A stretch of DNA of 64,000 nucleotides, from NCBI GenBank assembly GCA_964645705.1, contig CAZYAB010000001.1, positions 16,749 through 80,748 of the forward strand. Direction: 5' to 3'. Origin of the DNA: an uncultured Methanosarcinales archaeon. Lineage in GTDB: Archaea > Nanobdellota > Nanobdellia > Woesearchaeales > CAXGTL01. The notes below the pieces were generated by a model. It saw nothing but the letters and a program-made list of their open reading frames with translations. It did no database searches and was not told the origin of the DNA. How positions within the stretch are numbered: the first letter of the stretch is position 1; the number at the start of each line of letters is the position of its first letter. The position numbers were made by a program, and so were the translations under genes. Below are positions 35,528 through 45,177 of the stretch, in pieces.

Positions 35528-36472
35528 TTATTTCCTATTCCTATATACTTCAATTGTTTTTATCAAACCTTTTTCTAGTGAAGTTTTTGTTCTCCATTTT
35601 AATAATTTAAATGCTTTTTTTGTATCTGCTTGATATTCCATTAATTCATTTTTTCTATATGGTAAGGATGTAATTATTTTAGATTTACTTTTAGTTAATT
35701 TAATCACGTTTTCAGCAACATCTATAAGTTTGTGCTGTTTTCCACTACCAATATTTATTATTTCAAAATTGCTTTTTTTATTTTTCAATGTTTTTATAAT
35801 GGCATCAACAGCATCATTTACATAAGTAAATTCTCTTTTTTGTTCGCCTTTTGTCATTATAATATCTTTATTTTTTAGGGCATTGTTTATTATGGCGTGT
35901 ATAAATGTATTTGTATTTTGATTTGGTCCATAAATTAAGAAGAATCTTAATGTTGTTATTGGTTTGTTATATGTTCTTGAGAATAAATTGCAATAAGTTT
36001 CACTACATATTTTAGAAGCTGAATAAGGTGAAACGGGATTTGGTTTCATACCCTCTTTAAAAGGAACCTTATGGCTTGAATATACTTCTGCCGTACTTAT
36101 ATTTATGAATTTATCATAGTTTATATCTTTTGAAGCCACGAGTAAATTTAACGTACCAATAACATTGTTTTCAAAAGTTTCTTCTAAATTTTTAATATCT
36201 CTAGAAGGATCAGCCAAAGCAGCGAGATGGATAATATACTTTGGTTTTATTCTTCTTAATGCTCTAGATAATCTTTTAAAATTTGTAATATCTATTTTTA
36301 GAATTCTCTTAGAATCTAATAATTTTATGTATTTTTTTATTTTTTTTATTTCTTTTCTATTTTTCACAATCCCATAAATTATATAGTCTTCTTTTAGAAG
36401 TTTTTTTATTAGATTTTTACCTATGAACCCCGAGATTCCAGTTATAAGAATTTTTTTACTTGATTTCTCCAT
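35528..36472 (-). CDS. NAD-dependent epimerase/dehydratase (extended SDR)
   Basis: KILITGISGFIGKNL (GxxGxxG) and YSASKICSETYC (YxxxK). Confidence 0.7.
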   Translation of the reverse strand: MEKSSKKILITGISGFIGKNLIKKLLKEDYIIYGIVKNRKEIKKIKKYIKLLDSKRILKIDITNFKRLSRALRRIKPKYIIHLAALADPSRDIKNLEETFENNVIGTLNLLVASKDINYDKFINISTAEVYSSHKVPFKEGMKPNPVSPYSASKICSETYCNLFSRTYNKPITTLRFFLIYGPNQNTNTFIHAIINNALKNKDIIMTKGEQKREFTYVNDAVDAIIKTLKNKKSNFEIINIGSGKQHKLIDVAENVIKLTKSKSKIITSLPYRKNELMEYQADTKKAFKLLKWRTKTSLEKGLIKTIEVYRNRK

Positions 36473-36497
36473 TTGACACTAAACCCCTTATATAATT

Positions 36498-37577
36498 TTA
36501 TTGATTAATATTCTCATAATCTTCTATCTGTTCTATGCATAAATTATAAACTTCTTCATTTTCACTTCTCTTGTACCACTCTGCTGTTTTTTTCATTGTT
36601 TGTTCTATGTTAAATTTATTATACCAATTTAATAGGTTCTTTGATTTTGTATTATCTAGAGAGAGTAATTTTGTTTCTTTCATTTTTTCATTAGGATCAC
36701 TTTTGTCTATCCATTGTCCACTTCCCCAATATTGTATTGCAAAATCTGCTATTTTGTTTACTTGTACGATTGCTTCTTTATCAGGCCCAAAATTCCAAGC
36801 TTCTGCAAATTTATTTTTATTTTGTAATAATTTCACCCCTAATAATAAATATCCATAATTACATTCTAATACGTGTTGCCATGGTCTTACTGCGGAAGGA
36901 TTTCTAATTTCAATAGGGTTATTTTGTTTTAAACGTCTTATACAATCAGGGATCAACCTATCTTTTGACCAATCTCCACCGCCAATAACATTTCCAGCTC
37001 TTGCTGAAGCAACAAGTTTGTTTGAATGATTAAAGAATGATTTCCTGTATGAGTTAATTATTATTTCAGCACAAGCTTTGCTTGCACTATATGGGTCAGA
37101 TCCCCCTAATTCATCAGTTTCTTTGTACCCTTGTTCTTGTTCTTTATTTTTATAACATTTATCAGTTGTAATTATGACTCCTGCTTTAACAAAATCAAAT
37201 ATTTTAATGCATTCAAGAATATTTACTGTTCCAATTATGTTTGTTTTTAATGTATTGACAGGGTCTACAAACGACGTCCTCACTATTGGCTGAGCAGCTA
37301 AATGAAAAACAATCTCTGGTCTATGCTCTTCAAATACTTTTTTTAATTTATTTAGGTCAGTAATATCCCCTCTTATATCAATTACTGAATTCAGTCTAGA
37401 TTTAGAATTTTTAAATATATAATCATTATCCCATTCTGGAAGAGAATAACCAATAACATTTGCACCAAGTTTATCTAACCATATTAAAAGCCAACTACCT
37501 TTAAATCCTGTGTGGCCTGTTATTAAAACTTTTTTTCCCTTGTAAACATCATTTAGTTGGCTATTCATATTAATCAC
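36498..37577 (-). CDS. rfbG: CDP-glucose 4,6-dehydratase
   Basis: KVLITGHTGFKGSWLLIWLDKLGANVIGYSL is the RfbG N-terminal signature. YSASKACAE provides the YxxxK. Length 359 aa. Confidence 0.8.
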   Translation of the reverse strand: MINMNSQLNDVYKGKKVLITGHTGFKGSWLLIWLDKLGANVIGYSLPEWDNDYIFKNSKSRLNSVIDIRGDITDLNKLKKVFEEHRPEIVFHLAAQPIVRTSFVDPVNTLKTNIIGTVNILECIKIFDFVKAGVIITTDKCYKNKEQEQGYKETDELGGSDPYSASKACAEIIINSYRKSFFNHSNKLVASARAGNVIGGGDWSKDRLIPDCIRRLKQNNPIEIRNPSAVRPWQHVLECNYGYLLLGVKLLQNKNKFAEAWNFGPDKEAIVQVNKIADFAIQYWGSGQWIDKSDPNEKMKETKLLSLDNTKSKNLLNWYNKFNIEQTMKKTAEWYKRSENEEVYNLCIEQIEDYENINQ

Positions 37578-37601
37578 ACATATTGTATATTAATCCTAAA
37601 C

Positions 37602-38381
37602 TTAATCCCACATTTTCCACGGCGCGTTTTTTGATTTATAAAGTTCATTTAATAAATTAACTTGACGAATAGTGTCCATACATTGCCAGAAACCATCGTG
37701 TTTATATGCTGTAAATTGTCCGTCTTTTGATAATTTTTTTAATGGTTCTGCTTCAAGCTCACACTTTTCATCAAAACTTAAATAATCAAAAAAATCTTTT
37801 TTAAATGTAAAAAATCCCCCATCAATTCTTCCATTATGAACCAAGTTTTTTTTAGTAAAATCAGTAATCTGATGTCCTTTTTTTTCTATATCTAATAAAC
37901 CAAACCTTGCCACAGGCCTTACAGCAGTAACTGTTCCTATTTTATGGTGCGCTTTGTGAAAGTCTAATAGACTTTTTATGTTAATGTCACTTACCCCATC
38001 CCCATAAGTTAAAAAGAAATTATCTTCATTTACATATTTTTCAATTCTTTTAATTCTGCTTCCTGTAAGTGTATTAAGCCCTGTTTCTGCAAAAATTATA
38101 TTCCAATCTTCAACATTTGAATTATGAATTGTAATTTGTTTTCTTTTTAAATTAAGTGTAAAATCACTACTTTTTTGTTCATAGTTTAAAAAGAAATCCT
38201 TAATCATGTCTCCTTTATAACCTAAACACAAAACAAAATCATTGAATCCATAATGTGAGTATATCTTCATTATATGCCATAAAATAGGCATGCCACCAAC
38301 TCTAACTAAAGGTTTAGGAATAAATTCAGTATGTTCTCTTAACCTTGTTCCGCGTCCACCGCATAAAATTACAGTTTTCAT
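37602..38381 (-). CDS. rfbF: glucose-1-phosphate cytidylyltransferase
   Basis: MKTVILCGGRGTRLREHTEFIPKPLVRVGGMPILWHIMKIYSHYGFNDFVLCLGYKG closely matches the RfbF consensus. Length 259 aa. Confidence 0.85.
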   Translation of the reverse strand: MKTVILCGGRGTRLREHTEFIPKPLVRVGGMPILWHIMKIYSHYGFNDFVLCLGYKGDMIKDFFLNYEQKSSDFTLNLKRKQITIHNSNVEDWNIIFAETGLNTLTGSRIKRIEKYVNEDNFFLTYGDGVSDINIKSLLDFHKAHHKIGTVTAVRPVARFGLLDIEKKGHQITDFTKKNLVHNGRIDGGFFTFKKDFFDYLSFDEKCELEAEPLKKLSKDGQFTAYKHDGFWQCMDTIRQVNLLNELYKSKNAPWKMWD

Positions 38382-38630
38382 TTTTACACCTACGCTCTTA
38401 TTTTTTTAAATCTTTTGAATTTATTTTTTTCTAAGTATTATTTTTTGAAGTACTAATTTATTTATAAATGTTTGCAGATTTTCTGAATTAGTTTTTTATC
38501 AAAAGTTATTTCTATTATGGGACTAAAATTCCATTATTCAATAATAATATTAAATAAATCTAAAATATGGAAAATGGACTAATATTTATAAAGATAAATA
38601 TTTATAAAGAAATAAGTTTTTCTTAAGATT

Positions 38631-40163
38631 ATGAAAGATATTAAAGAAGAGAATAAAGCAGCTGAAGTAATTGTAAAAGGAGCAGGTTATGTGTTTGTGG
38701 GTATGATTGTTTCTAAGTTGTTAACATATATTTATCGGATAATTATTGCAAGAATTGGAACTGAGGAATATGGCATTTTATCTTTAGGCTTAGCTATTTT
38801 AGGAATTATTAGTATTTTCCCTATTTTTGGTCTTGATAGTGGTGTTTTGAGATTTGTATCGGATTGCGTAACTAAAGACAATAAGAACAAAGCAAAACAA
38901 ATTATAATAAATTGTTTAGCAATCATTATACCAATAAGTCTTTTGATTAGTATTTTTTTATTTTTATTTTCTGAAAATATCTCTTACTTTTTTAATGAAC
39001 CAAGGTTAATTAATGTAATAAAATTATTAGCTATTTGTTTACCATTTATAGGGATAGGAAATATCTTTTTGTCAACAATTAGTTCATTTAAAAATACAAA
39101 ACATTTTGTTTTAATAAAAAATATATTAGAAAATATTATTAAAATCTTAGTTACAGCATTTCTTGTTTTTTTGGGATTGAATTATATTGGCGCAACAATA
39201 GGTTATGTTATTTCAATAGTATCTACAGGGATAATAGCATTCTTATTTGTTAATAAAAATATGTTAAGATTTACTTTTTCAAATATTAAAGTACATTTGA
39301 TTGATAAGGCAATTCTAGTTTATTCTGTACCTTTAATGTTTAATATGTTAATCTCACAAGTAATTGGTTGGACAGACGTAATTATGATTGGATTCTTTAG
39401 AACAGGTTCAGAAGTAGGAATTTATAATGCTGCTTTACCAACATCAACACTTATTTATATTATTCCTTCTGGTTTAATTGCTCTTTTTATTCCTGTGATG
39501 AGTAGTTTGTTTCTAAATAAAAATTTTGAACAATTTAGAAGCACTAGCAAAGATATAACAAAGTGGATTTTTTATATTAATTTACCAGTTACTTTATTAA
39601 TTATTGTATTCTCTAAACACATCTTAAAATTCCTTTTTGGAACAGATTATGTTGTAGGTTATTCCTCTTTAATCATATTGGTAGTAGGTTTTTTTATTTA
39701 TCATCTCTTTTTAACTTCATCCAGAACATTAAATATAATTAAAAAATCAGAAATAATAATGTCAAATATGATGATTGCAGCGATATTGAATATAATAATT
39801 AATTTCATATTAATTCCCAAAATAGGAATTCTTGGAGGGGCAATAGCAACAGCATTAAGTATGATAGTGCATGGTTTACTTAATGGTATATATTCTTTTT
39901 ATTATACTAAAATAATTCCTTTTAGTCTAAGCTATTTTAAAGCATTTTTTGCAGCTATTATTTCACTTTTTATTATGGTCTTTATTATTAAAATCTTTTA
40001 TATAGAATCAATTTATTTTCTTTTAGTTTTGGCTTTATTATTTCTTGTCGTATACACAATTTTGATTATTATCTTTAAGTGTTTAAATGATAGGGATTAT
40101 CATTTAATCAATTTAATGAGATTAAAAGCATTTAATAATGTTAGTAAATATTTTAGAAAATAA
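38631..40163 (+). CDS. oligosaccharide flippase, MOP/Wzx (AglR-like) polysaccharide biosynthesis protein
   Basis: 510 aa with ~14 TM helices, typical Wzx size and topology. It sits divergent from the rfb operon. Confidence 0.65.
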   Translation: MKDIKEENKAAEVIVKGAGYVFVGMIVSKLLTYIYRIIIARIGTEEYGILSLGLAILGIISIFPIFGLDSGVLRFVSDCVTKDNKNKAKQIIINCLAIIIPISLLISIFLFLFSENISYFFNEPRLINVIKLLAICLPFIGIGNIFLSTISSFKNTKHFVLIKNILENIIKILVTAFLVFLGLNYIGATIGYVISIVSTGIIAFLFVNKNMLRFTFSNIKVHLIDKAILVYSVPLMFNMLISQVIGWTDVIMIGFFRTGSEVGIYNAALPTSTLIYIIPSGLIALFIPVMSSLFLNKNFEQFRSTSKDITKWIFYINLPVTLLIIVFSKHILKFLFGTDYVVGYSSLIILVVGFFIYHLFLTSSRTLNIIKKSEIIMSNMMIAAILNIIINFILIPKIGILGGAIATALSMIVHGLLNGIYSFYYTKIIPFSLSYFKAFFAAIISLFIMVFIIKIFYIESIYFLLVLALLFLVVYTILIIIFKCLNDRDYHLINLMRLKAFNNVSKYFRK

Positions 40164-40226
40164 ACATTTTGAATGTAAAATGTGAACAAATACTGTTAAT
40201 GTACTACTTATTTAAATAAGTTTAAT

Positions 40227-41039
40227 TTAGTAATAATGTTCTTTACTTATTATTCTTGCTGCTTCTTTTTCTTGATAATCCATAAATCTTTCAAGTCCCC
40301 CATAATATATATTAATTAAACTAAATACAAATATGCTAGGAAACAAAATTCCATACAAATAAAGAATAATGTCCAATCTATTAATAATGGCAAATACACA
40401 AATAACATTCATCATTGCTGGGGTTTTAGTTATGATAAATATTTTCCTTAATATTTGCATCAATTTATCAGATAAAATCCCTTTTGTTTTTTCTTTACCA
40501 GTCTCTTTAGTTTTCTTTTTTTGTTTAATAGTATAATTCATTTTTCTTTTAATGACTCTGTAATCTGTGAAAGATGCATATTTAGTATACATTGTTACTA
40601 AATTTAAACCTTGGAATGCAATAGCAGATAACCCAAAATATAATAGTGTTTTATCTCCTGTGGAATTAAATACGCCAATGGTTAATCCAACAAATACAAG
40701 TACACTCATTGTAAAGTTATTCATGTTGTCAATATAACTCCCTCTTGGAGATGATTGTTTTTTAAATCTTGCAATATTCCCATCTACCGAGTCAAAAATA
40801 TGCCAAAGTTGATAAAATACTACGGCTAATAGAGAATAATAATAGTTCCCTAATGAGAACAAAAATATATAGATCACTCCTATTATCATAGCAAAGAGGG
40901 TTGCTTGTGTTGCCGTAATTGAGGTGTGTAATAATAACCATGCAATTCTTATTGCAATTCTTCTAGTAACTAAATAAGAATAATAAGGTCTTTTGTTCTT
41001 TTTAACACTTATTTCTTTAAGTTCTTTGAATTTGATCAT
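40227..41039 (-). CDS. CDP-alcohol phosphatidyltransferase family protein
   Basis: DSVDGNIARFKKQSSPRGSYIDNMNNF matches D-x2-DG-x2-AR…G…D. About 6 TM helices. Confidence 0.65.
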   Translation of the reverse strand: MIKFKELKEISVKKNKRPYYSYLVTRRIAIRIAWLLLHTSITATQATLFAMIIGVIYIFLFSLGNYYYSLLAVVFYQLWHIFDSVDGNIARFKKQSSPRGSYIDNMNNFTMSVLVFVGLTIGVFNSTGDKTLLYFGLSAIAFQGLNLVTMYTKYASFTDYRVIKRKMNYTIKQKKKTKETGKEKTKGILSDKLMQILRKIFIITKTPAMMNVICVFAIINRLDIILYLYGILFPSIFVFSLINIYYGGLERFMDYQEKEAARIISKEHYY

Positions 41040-41041
41040 TT

Positions 41042-41875
41042 TTACATTCTTATACTATGCATAGCATTATTATTATAATTATTATTTTTACTATTGTTAT
41101 TTGGAGTATCATTTTCCTCTTTCTCAATCATTTTTATTTTAACTTGTGCATCCCTGTAGTCCCCCAAATCATCTACTTCACACCACAACATAGTTGAAGA
41201 AACAACTTTATAATCATGATCTTTTATCATTCTTTGCAATGCTTTTAAATAAAATACATTTATGACATTATCATCAACTAATTTCTTAATTTCACTAAAG
41301 AATCTTTGTGAACCTAGTTTACCAAATTTGTATATTCCTATTGCATCACCGTGTGTTTGTTCATCTTCGATTGTCTTTCCTATATCTATTATTTTATCAT
41401 TGCTAATACTTACTCTCATTGCATCTCCTCTATCTTTAGTTGTTTTATCAATTATTGCTGCGTCTTCATGAGGTGATATAATCAAGTTATGCAATATTTT
41501 ATAATTAAATATATCATCACCATTAATTAAAATAAATTCATTACCATCTAAATGCTCTTTAGCAAGCCATACAGAATATATATTATTTGTGGAGTTATAT
41601 ACAGGACTATGCACATAAGTTATTTGTAGACCTTTATAGTTATTACCTATTAACTGTCTTACTGCACCGGCAGCATGACCTGTAACAAGCACAGCTTCAT
41701 TTATAATTTGATTATGTACATTACATCTTATGATTCTATCAAGTATGTGTTCTATTATACTTTTTCCACCTACAGTCAAGAGTCCTTTAGGTATATTCTC
41801 AGTTAATGGGTGTAATCTTTTTCCCTGTCCTGCTAATAATATTAATGCTTTCATTGATTTTCCCTCAATAGGCAA
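41042..41875 (-). CDS. sugar/alcohol-phosphate nucleotidyl(cytidylyl)transferase (LicC/IPCT-like)
   Basis: MKALILLAGQGKRLHPLTENIPKGLLTVGGKSII is an NTP-transferase G-rich loop. It lies 3 nt upstream of the CDP-alcohol PT gene. The C-terminus is N-rich low complexity. Confidence 0.65.
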   Translation of the reverse strand: MPIEGKSMKALILLAGQGKRLHPLTENIPKGLLTVGGKSIIEHILDRIIRCNVHNQIINEAVLVTGHAAGAVRQLIGNNYKGLQITYVHSPVYNSTNNIYSVWLAKEHLDGNEFILINGDDIFNYKILHNLIISPHEDAAIIDKTTKDRGDAMRVSISNDKIIDIGKTIEDEQTHGDAIGIYKFGKLGSQRFFSEIKKLVDDNVINVFYLKALQRMIKDHDYKVVSSTMLWCEVDDLGDYRDAQVKIKMIEKEENDTPNNNSKNNNYNNNAMHSIRM

Positions 41876-41895
41876 AAGAGTTGGATAACTATTTA

Positions 41896-43767
41896 TTAAT
41901 TTTTCGTTTTATCTATAAATATTCTAAACCAAAGCTCTAAATTTATCAATCTCCAGACATATTCTGTTTTTGAATAAGGTGATTCTATAAGTTTGATTAT
42001 TTCATTTTTATTAAAATATCCTCTATTAAGACATTTTTTACTTAATAAAATCTTCCTTGCATAATCTTTTAAAGGCCCTTCAATCCATTTTTCTATGGGT
42101 GTTCTAAAACCTACTTTTTTTCTATTTATTATTTTCTTTGGGATAATACCTTTTAAAGATTCTTTTAAAAGATATTTATTTGTCCTGTATCTCTTTTTAT
42201 AATTATAGGGCATTTGTGTTATAAATTCAAAAACTTCATGATCAAGAAAAGGGACTCTTCCTTCTACAGAGGCGGCCATCGTCATTTTATCAATTCTCAT
42301 AAGAAGAGATACAAGATGATTTTTCGCATCATAATAAAGCAGTCTATCAATTACTTTCATTTGATTTAGCTTTTTGAAGGAATTAAGAAAATCTTTTTTG
42401 ATAGGGGATTCTTTTATGATATGTTTCATTTTATTTGTCAATAATCTTAAAGTAATATCATCATTGAAATATAAATGATAAAAAAATTCACTTGATTTGT
42501 TATTTAGTAGGTTTTCAATTACTCTTGAAAAAGTATGTCCTCTTCCAGTTTTTTTTGATATTAATTTTATAGATCTGAGAACTATCTTATTAGGTAAAAA
42601 TCTAAGTAATTTATTTAGAATGTAATATAATTTATATCTATCATATTTAGGATATCCTGCAAATAGTTCATCAGCCCCTTCTCCAGATAAAACAACAGTA
42701 AAATATTTTTTTAATTCTTTTGACATAAAATAAATAGCAATTTCATTAGGAACTTCTAAAGGTCCATCTCTATGCCAAATGAGTTTTTTTATTGTGTTTG
42801 TATAATCTTTTATATTTAAAATAGATTCATGATGATCTGTTTTAAATTTCTTTACGATTAAGTTAGCATATTTTCGTTCGTCATATTTATTTCCTTCTGA
42901 AAATGCAATGGTGAATGTTTTTACTTTCTTGTTATATTTACTTAAAAAAGCAACAATAGCACTAGAATCAAGTCCGCCACTTAAAAAAGCACCAATTGCA
43001 ACATCTGAAATCATTCTTTTTTTAATTGAACTATCAAGTATAAAATTAAACTTTTTTTTTGCACTTGAAAAAGAAATTCTTTTCTTTTGTGTAGACAAAC
43101 TCCAATATCTCTTTTTAATTATCTTTTTTTCAGAGATAATCATATATGTTCCTGGCAATATCTTTTTTACATTTGATAAGAGAGTTTTTTCACTAAGAGT
43201 ATACCTTAAAGAAATGTATTCATATACTGCAATTTTTTCTATTGATTTATCTATTTTTGGGTATTCTAATATAGATTTTATTTCAGATGCAAAGACTAAT
43301 TTTTTTTTATCTAAATAATAATAAAGTGGTTTTATACCTAATCTATCTCTTGCTAAAAATAATCTTTTTTTATTCGAATCATAAACACAAAAAGCAAACA
43401 TACCATTAAATAGTTTCAAACATTTTTCTCCAAACTCTTCATAAGCATGGATTATAACCTCAGAATCAGTATTGGATCTGAATTTATGTCCTTTAAATTC
43501 TAGTTGTTTTTTAATATCTTTATAATTATATATTTCTCCATTATAAGTAATCCATATTGTTTTATCTTCATTACACATTGGTTGTTTTGCTTTTTTACTT
43601 AGATCAATAATACTTAATCTTCTATGACCCAGTCCCACATTCTTATCGATAAAAATACCTCTATCATCTGGACCTCTATGTTTCATTATGTCAGTTATTT
43701 TATTGAGGATTTTTCTATTAATTTTTTTATTTTTATCAAATTTATATATCCCACAGATTCCACACAT
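41896..43767 (-). CDS. asnB: asparagine synthetase (glutamine-hydrolysing), AsnB family amidotransferase
   Basis: MCGICGIY (Ntn Cys2), SGGLDSS PP-loop. Length 623 aa. Confidence 0.85.
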   Translation of the reverse strand: MCGICGIYKFDKNKKINRKILNKITDIMKHRGPDDRGIFIDKNVGLGHRRLSIIDLSKKAKQPMCNEDKTIWITYNGEIYNYKDIKKQLEFKGHKFRSNTDSEVIIHAYEEFGEKCLKLFNGMFAFCVYDSNKKRLFLARDRLGIKPLYYYLDKKKLVFASEIKSILEYPKIDKSIEKIAVYEYISLRYTLSEKTLLSNVKKILPGTYMIISEKKIIKKRYWSLSTQKKRISFSSAKKKFNFILDSSIKKRMISDVAIGAFLSGGLDSSAIVAFLSKYNKKVKTFTIAFSEGNKYDERKYANLIVKKFKTDHHESILNIKDYTNTIKKLIWHRDGPLEVPNEIAIYFMSKELKKYFTVVLSGEGADELFAGYPKYDRYKLYYILNKLLRFLPNKIVLRSIKLISKKTGRGHTFSRVIENLLNNKSSEFFYHLYFNDDITLRLLTNKMKHIIKESPIKKDFLNSFKKLNQMKVIDRLLYYDAKNHLVSLLMRIDKMTMAASVEGRVPFLDHEVFEFITQMPYNYKKRYRTNKYLLKESLKGIIPKKIINRKKVGFRTPIEKWIEGPLKDYARKILLSKKCLNRGYFNKNEIIKLIESPYSKTEYVWRLINLELWFRIFIDKTKN

Positions 43768-43792
43768 TTTATCTTTTCCCTTTTATGTTTTC

Positions 43793-44407
43793 TTATATTT
43801 TATCTTCGTTTAATTTATAACAATGATAAATTAATCTACCATTTCTATTTTTTAAATTCTTAATTTTTTTCTCATTTAAATCTGCATAATGCCATGGTTT
43901 TTCAATTAAGTCTTTAGGAAATGTTTTAGGGTAAGAAAGAACCCCTTTCTTAAGATTTTTTAACCAGTTACGTATGTAAATTAATTTATTCCATTTTTTC
44001 AATTGCTTCTCTTGAATTGATGAGTCGAATAATCCATATTTTACTAATATTTTTAATTGATTATTTCTAAAACTTAAACCAGGAAATCTCCAACCAACAA
44101 TCTTTATTCTATGTTTGTTGAATACATCTATTGTTTTTTTTATTATTTTTTTGGCTTTTCTATAATTCAGTTTTGCAAAATCCTCATGATAATAACCATG
44201 CCCCCCAATAATATGTCCTAATTTTTCAATTTGTTTAACCTTTTCAGGATATTTCTCAACTAAATAACCACAAATATAGAACTCACCAATCACTTGTTTC
44301 TTAATTAATAACTTTGCGAATTTAACACCATTATCAATACGTTTTTCAACATCCATTGTAAAGATCTTTTCATTTTTGTTTGTAATTTTATTTTTCATCT
44401 TAATCAT
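43793..44407 (-). CDS. polysaccharide deacetylase (CE4)-like protein
   Basis: TMDVE (cf. TFDDG), HGYYHED (HxxxH) and WRFPG (RxPY-like), in the order expected for CE4. The match is weak. Confidence 0.4.
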   Translation of the reverse strand: MIKMKNKITNKNEKIFTMDVEKRIDNGVKFAKLLIKKQVIGEFYICGYLVEKYPEKVKQIEKLGHIIGGHGYYHEDFAKLNYRKAKKIIKKTIDVFNKHRIKIVGWRFPGLSFRNNQLKILVKYGLFDSSIQEKQLKKWNKLIYIRNWLKNLKKGVLSYPKTFPKDLIEKPWHYADLNEKKIKNLKNRNGRLIYHCYKLNEDKI

Positions 44408-44505
44408 CTTATTTAAAATATATTTTCCATCACTTGCTTATTTAAATCAATCATCATCAAATTTAGTAATATTTTTAAAGATATTGGTGTTTCTTAACAA
44501 CCTAG

Positions 44506-45177
44506 GTGGAAAAAATGTCTAAATTCAAAAAGCATTATGAAGGATTTTATAGTGAGTTTACAGATATAGATAAAAAAGAATTTAAAAGAATGTTTAAAAA
44601 TGGGATTCTTAAGAACAGATTGATTAAAAATATATTAAGAATTTTTAAAGAAAGGAACATAAAGACAATCTGTGATATTGGTTGTGGTTATGGATATATT
44701 ACTTCATTTTTTAGTAAAAAAGGTTTTAATGTAGATGGTTTAGATATTTGCGAAGTTAGAATTAAAAGAGCTAAAAAATTGAACCCAGGCCCTAATTATT
44801 ATTTACACGATGCTGAAAATAAGAAACTTAAGAAAAAATACGATGCAATATATGCTTTTAATTTGATAGAACATATATATGAATACGATGAGTTTTTAAA
44901 AAATATATATAAACATCTTAATAAAAATGGTTTAGTTATAATTTCAACACCCAATGCTTTAGCACCAAGAATAAGATTTAGAGTTCTTTTTGGTATTGAG
45001 AAATGTTTTGTCTCTAAAACTCACATCCATTTCTTTACAATTAAGAATTTAAAGGAAATATTTCATAATAATGGATTTAAAATATATCGAATTTTTGGTT
45101 ATGGGAAGCTAGCATTTCTAAGTAAAAATTTATCTGGTAATTTATGCATGATTGGAATAAAGAATAAGTTAGATTAA
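44506..45177 (+). CDS. class I SAM-dependent methyltransferase
   Basis: ICDIGCGYGYITSFF (motif I), IYAFNLIEHI, LVIISTPN. Confidence 0.65.
   Translation: MEKMSKFKKHYEGFYSEFTDIDKKEFKRMFKNGILKNRLIKNILRIFKERNIKTICDIGCGYGYITSFFSKKGFNVDGLDICEVRIKRAKKLNPGPNYYLHDAENKKLKKKYDAIYAFNLIEHIYEYDEFLKNIYKHLNKNGLVIISTPNALAPRIRFRVLFGIEKCFVSKTHIHFFTIKNLKEIFHNNGFKIYRIFGYGKLAFLSKNLSGNLCMIGIKNKLD

Noticed and set aside
42908-43318. Plus-strand ORF antisense to asnB
   Set aside because: asnB is unambiguous (Cys2, SGGLDSS). The antisense ORF is AT-codon noise.
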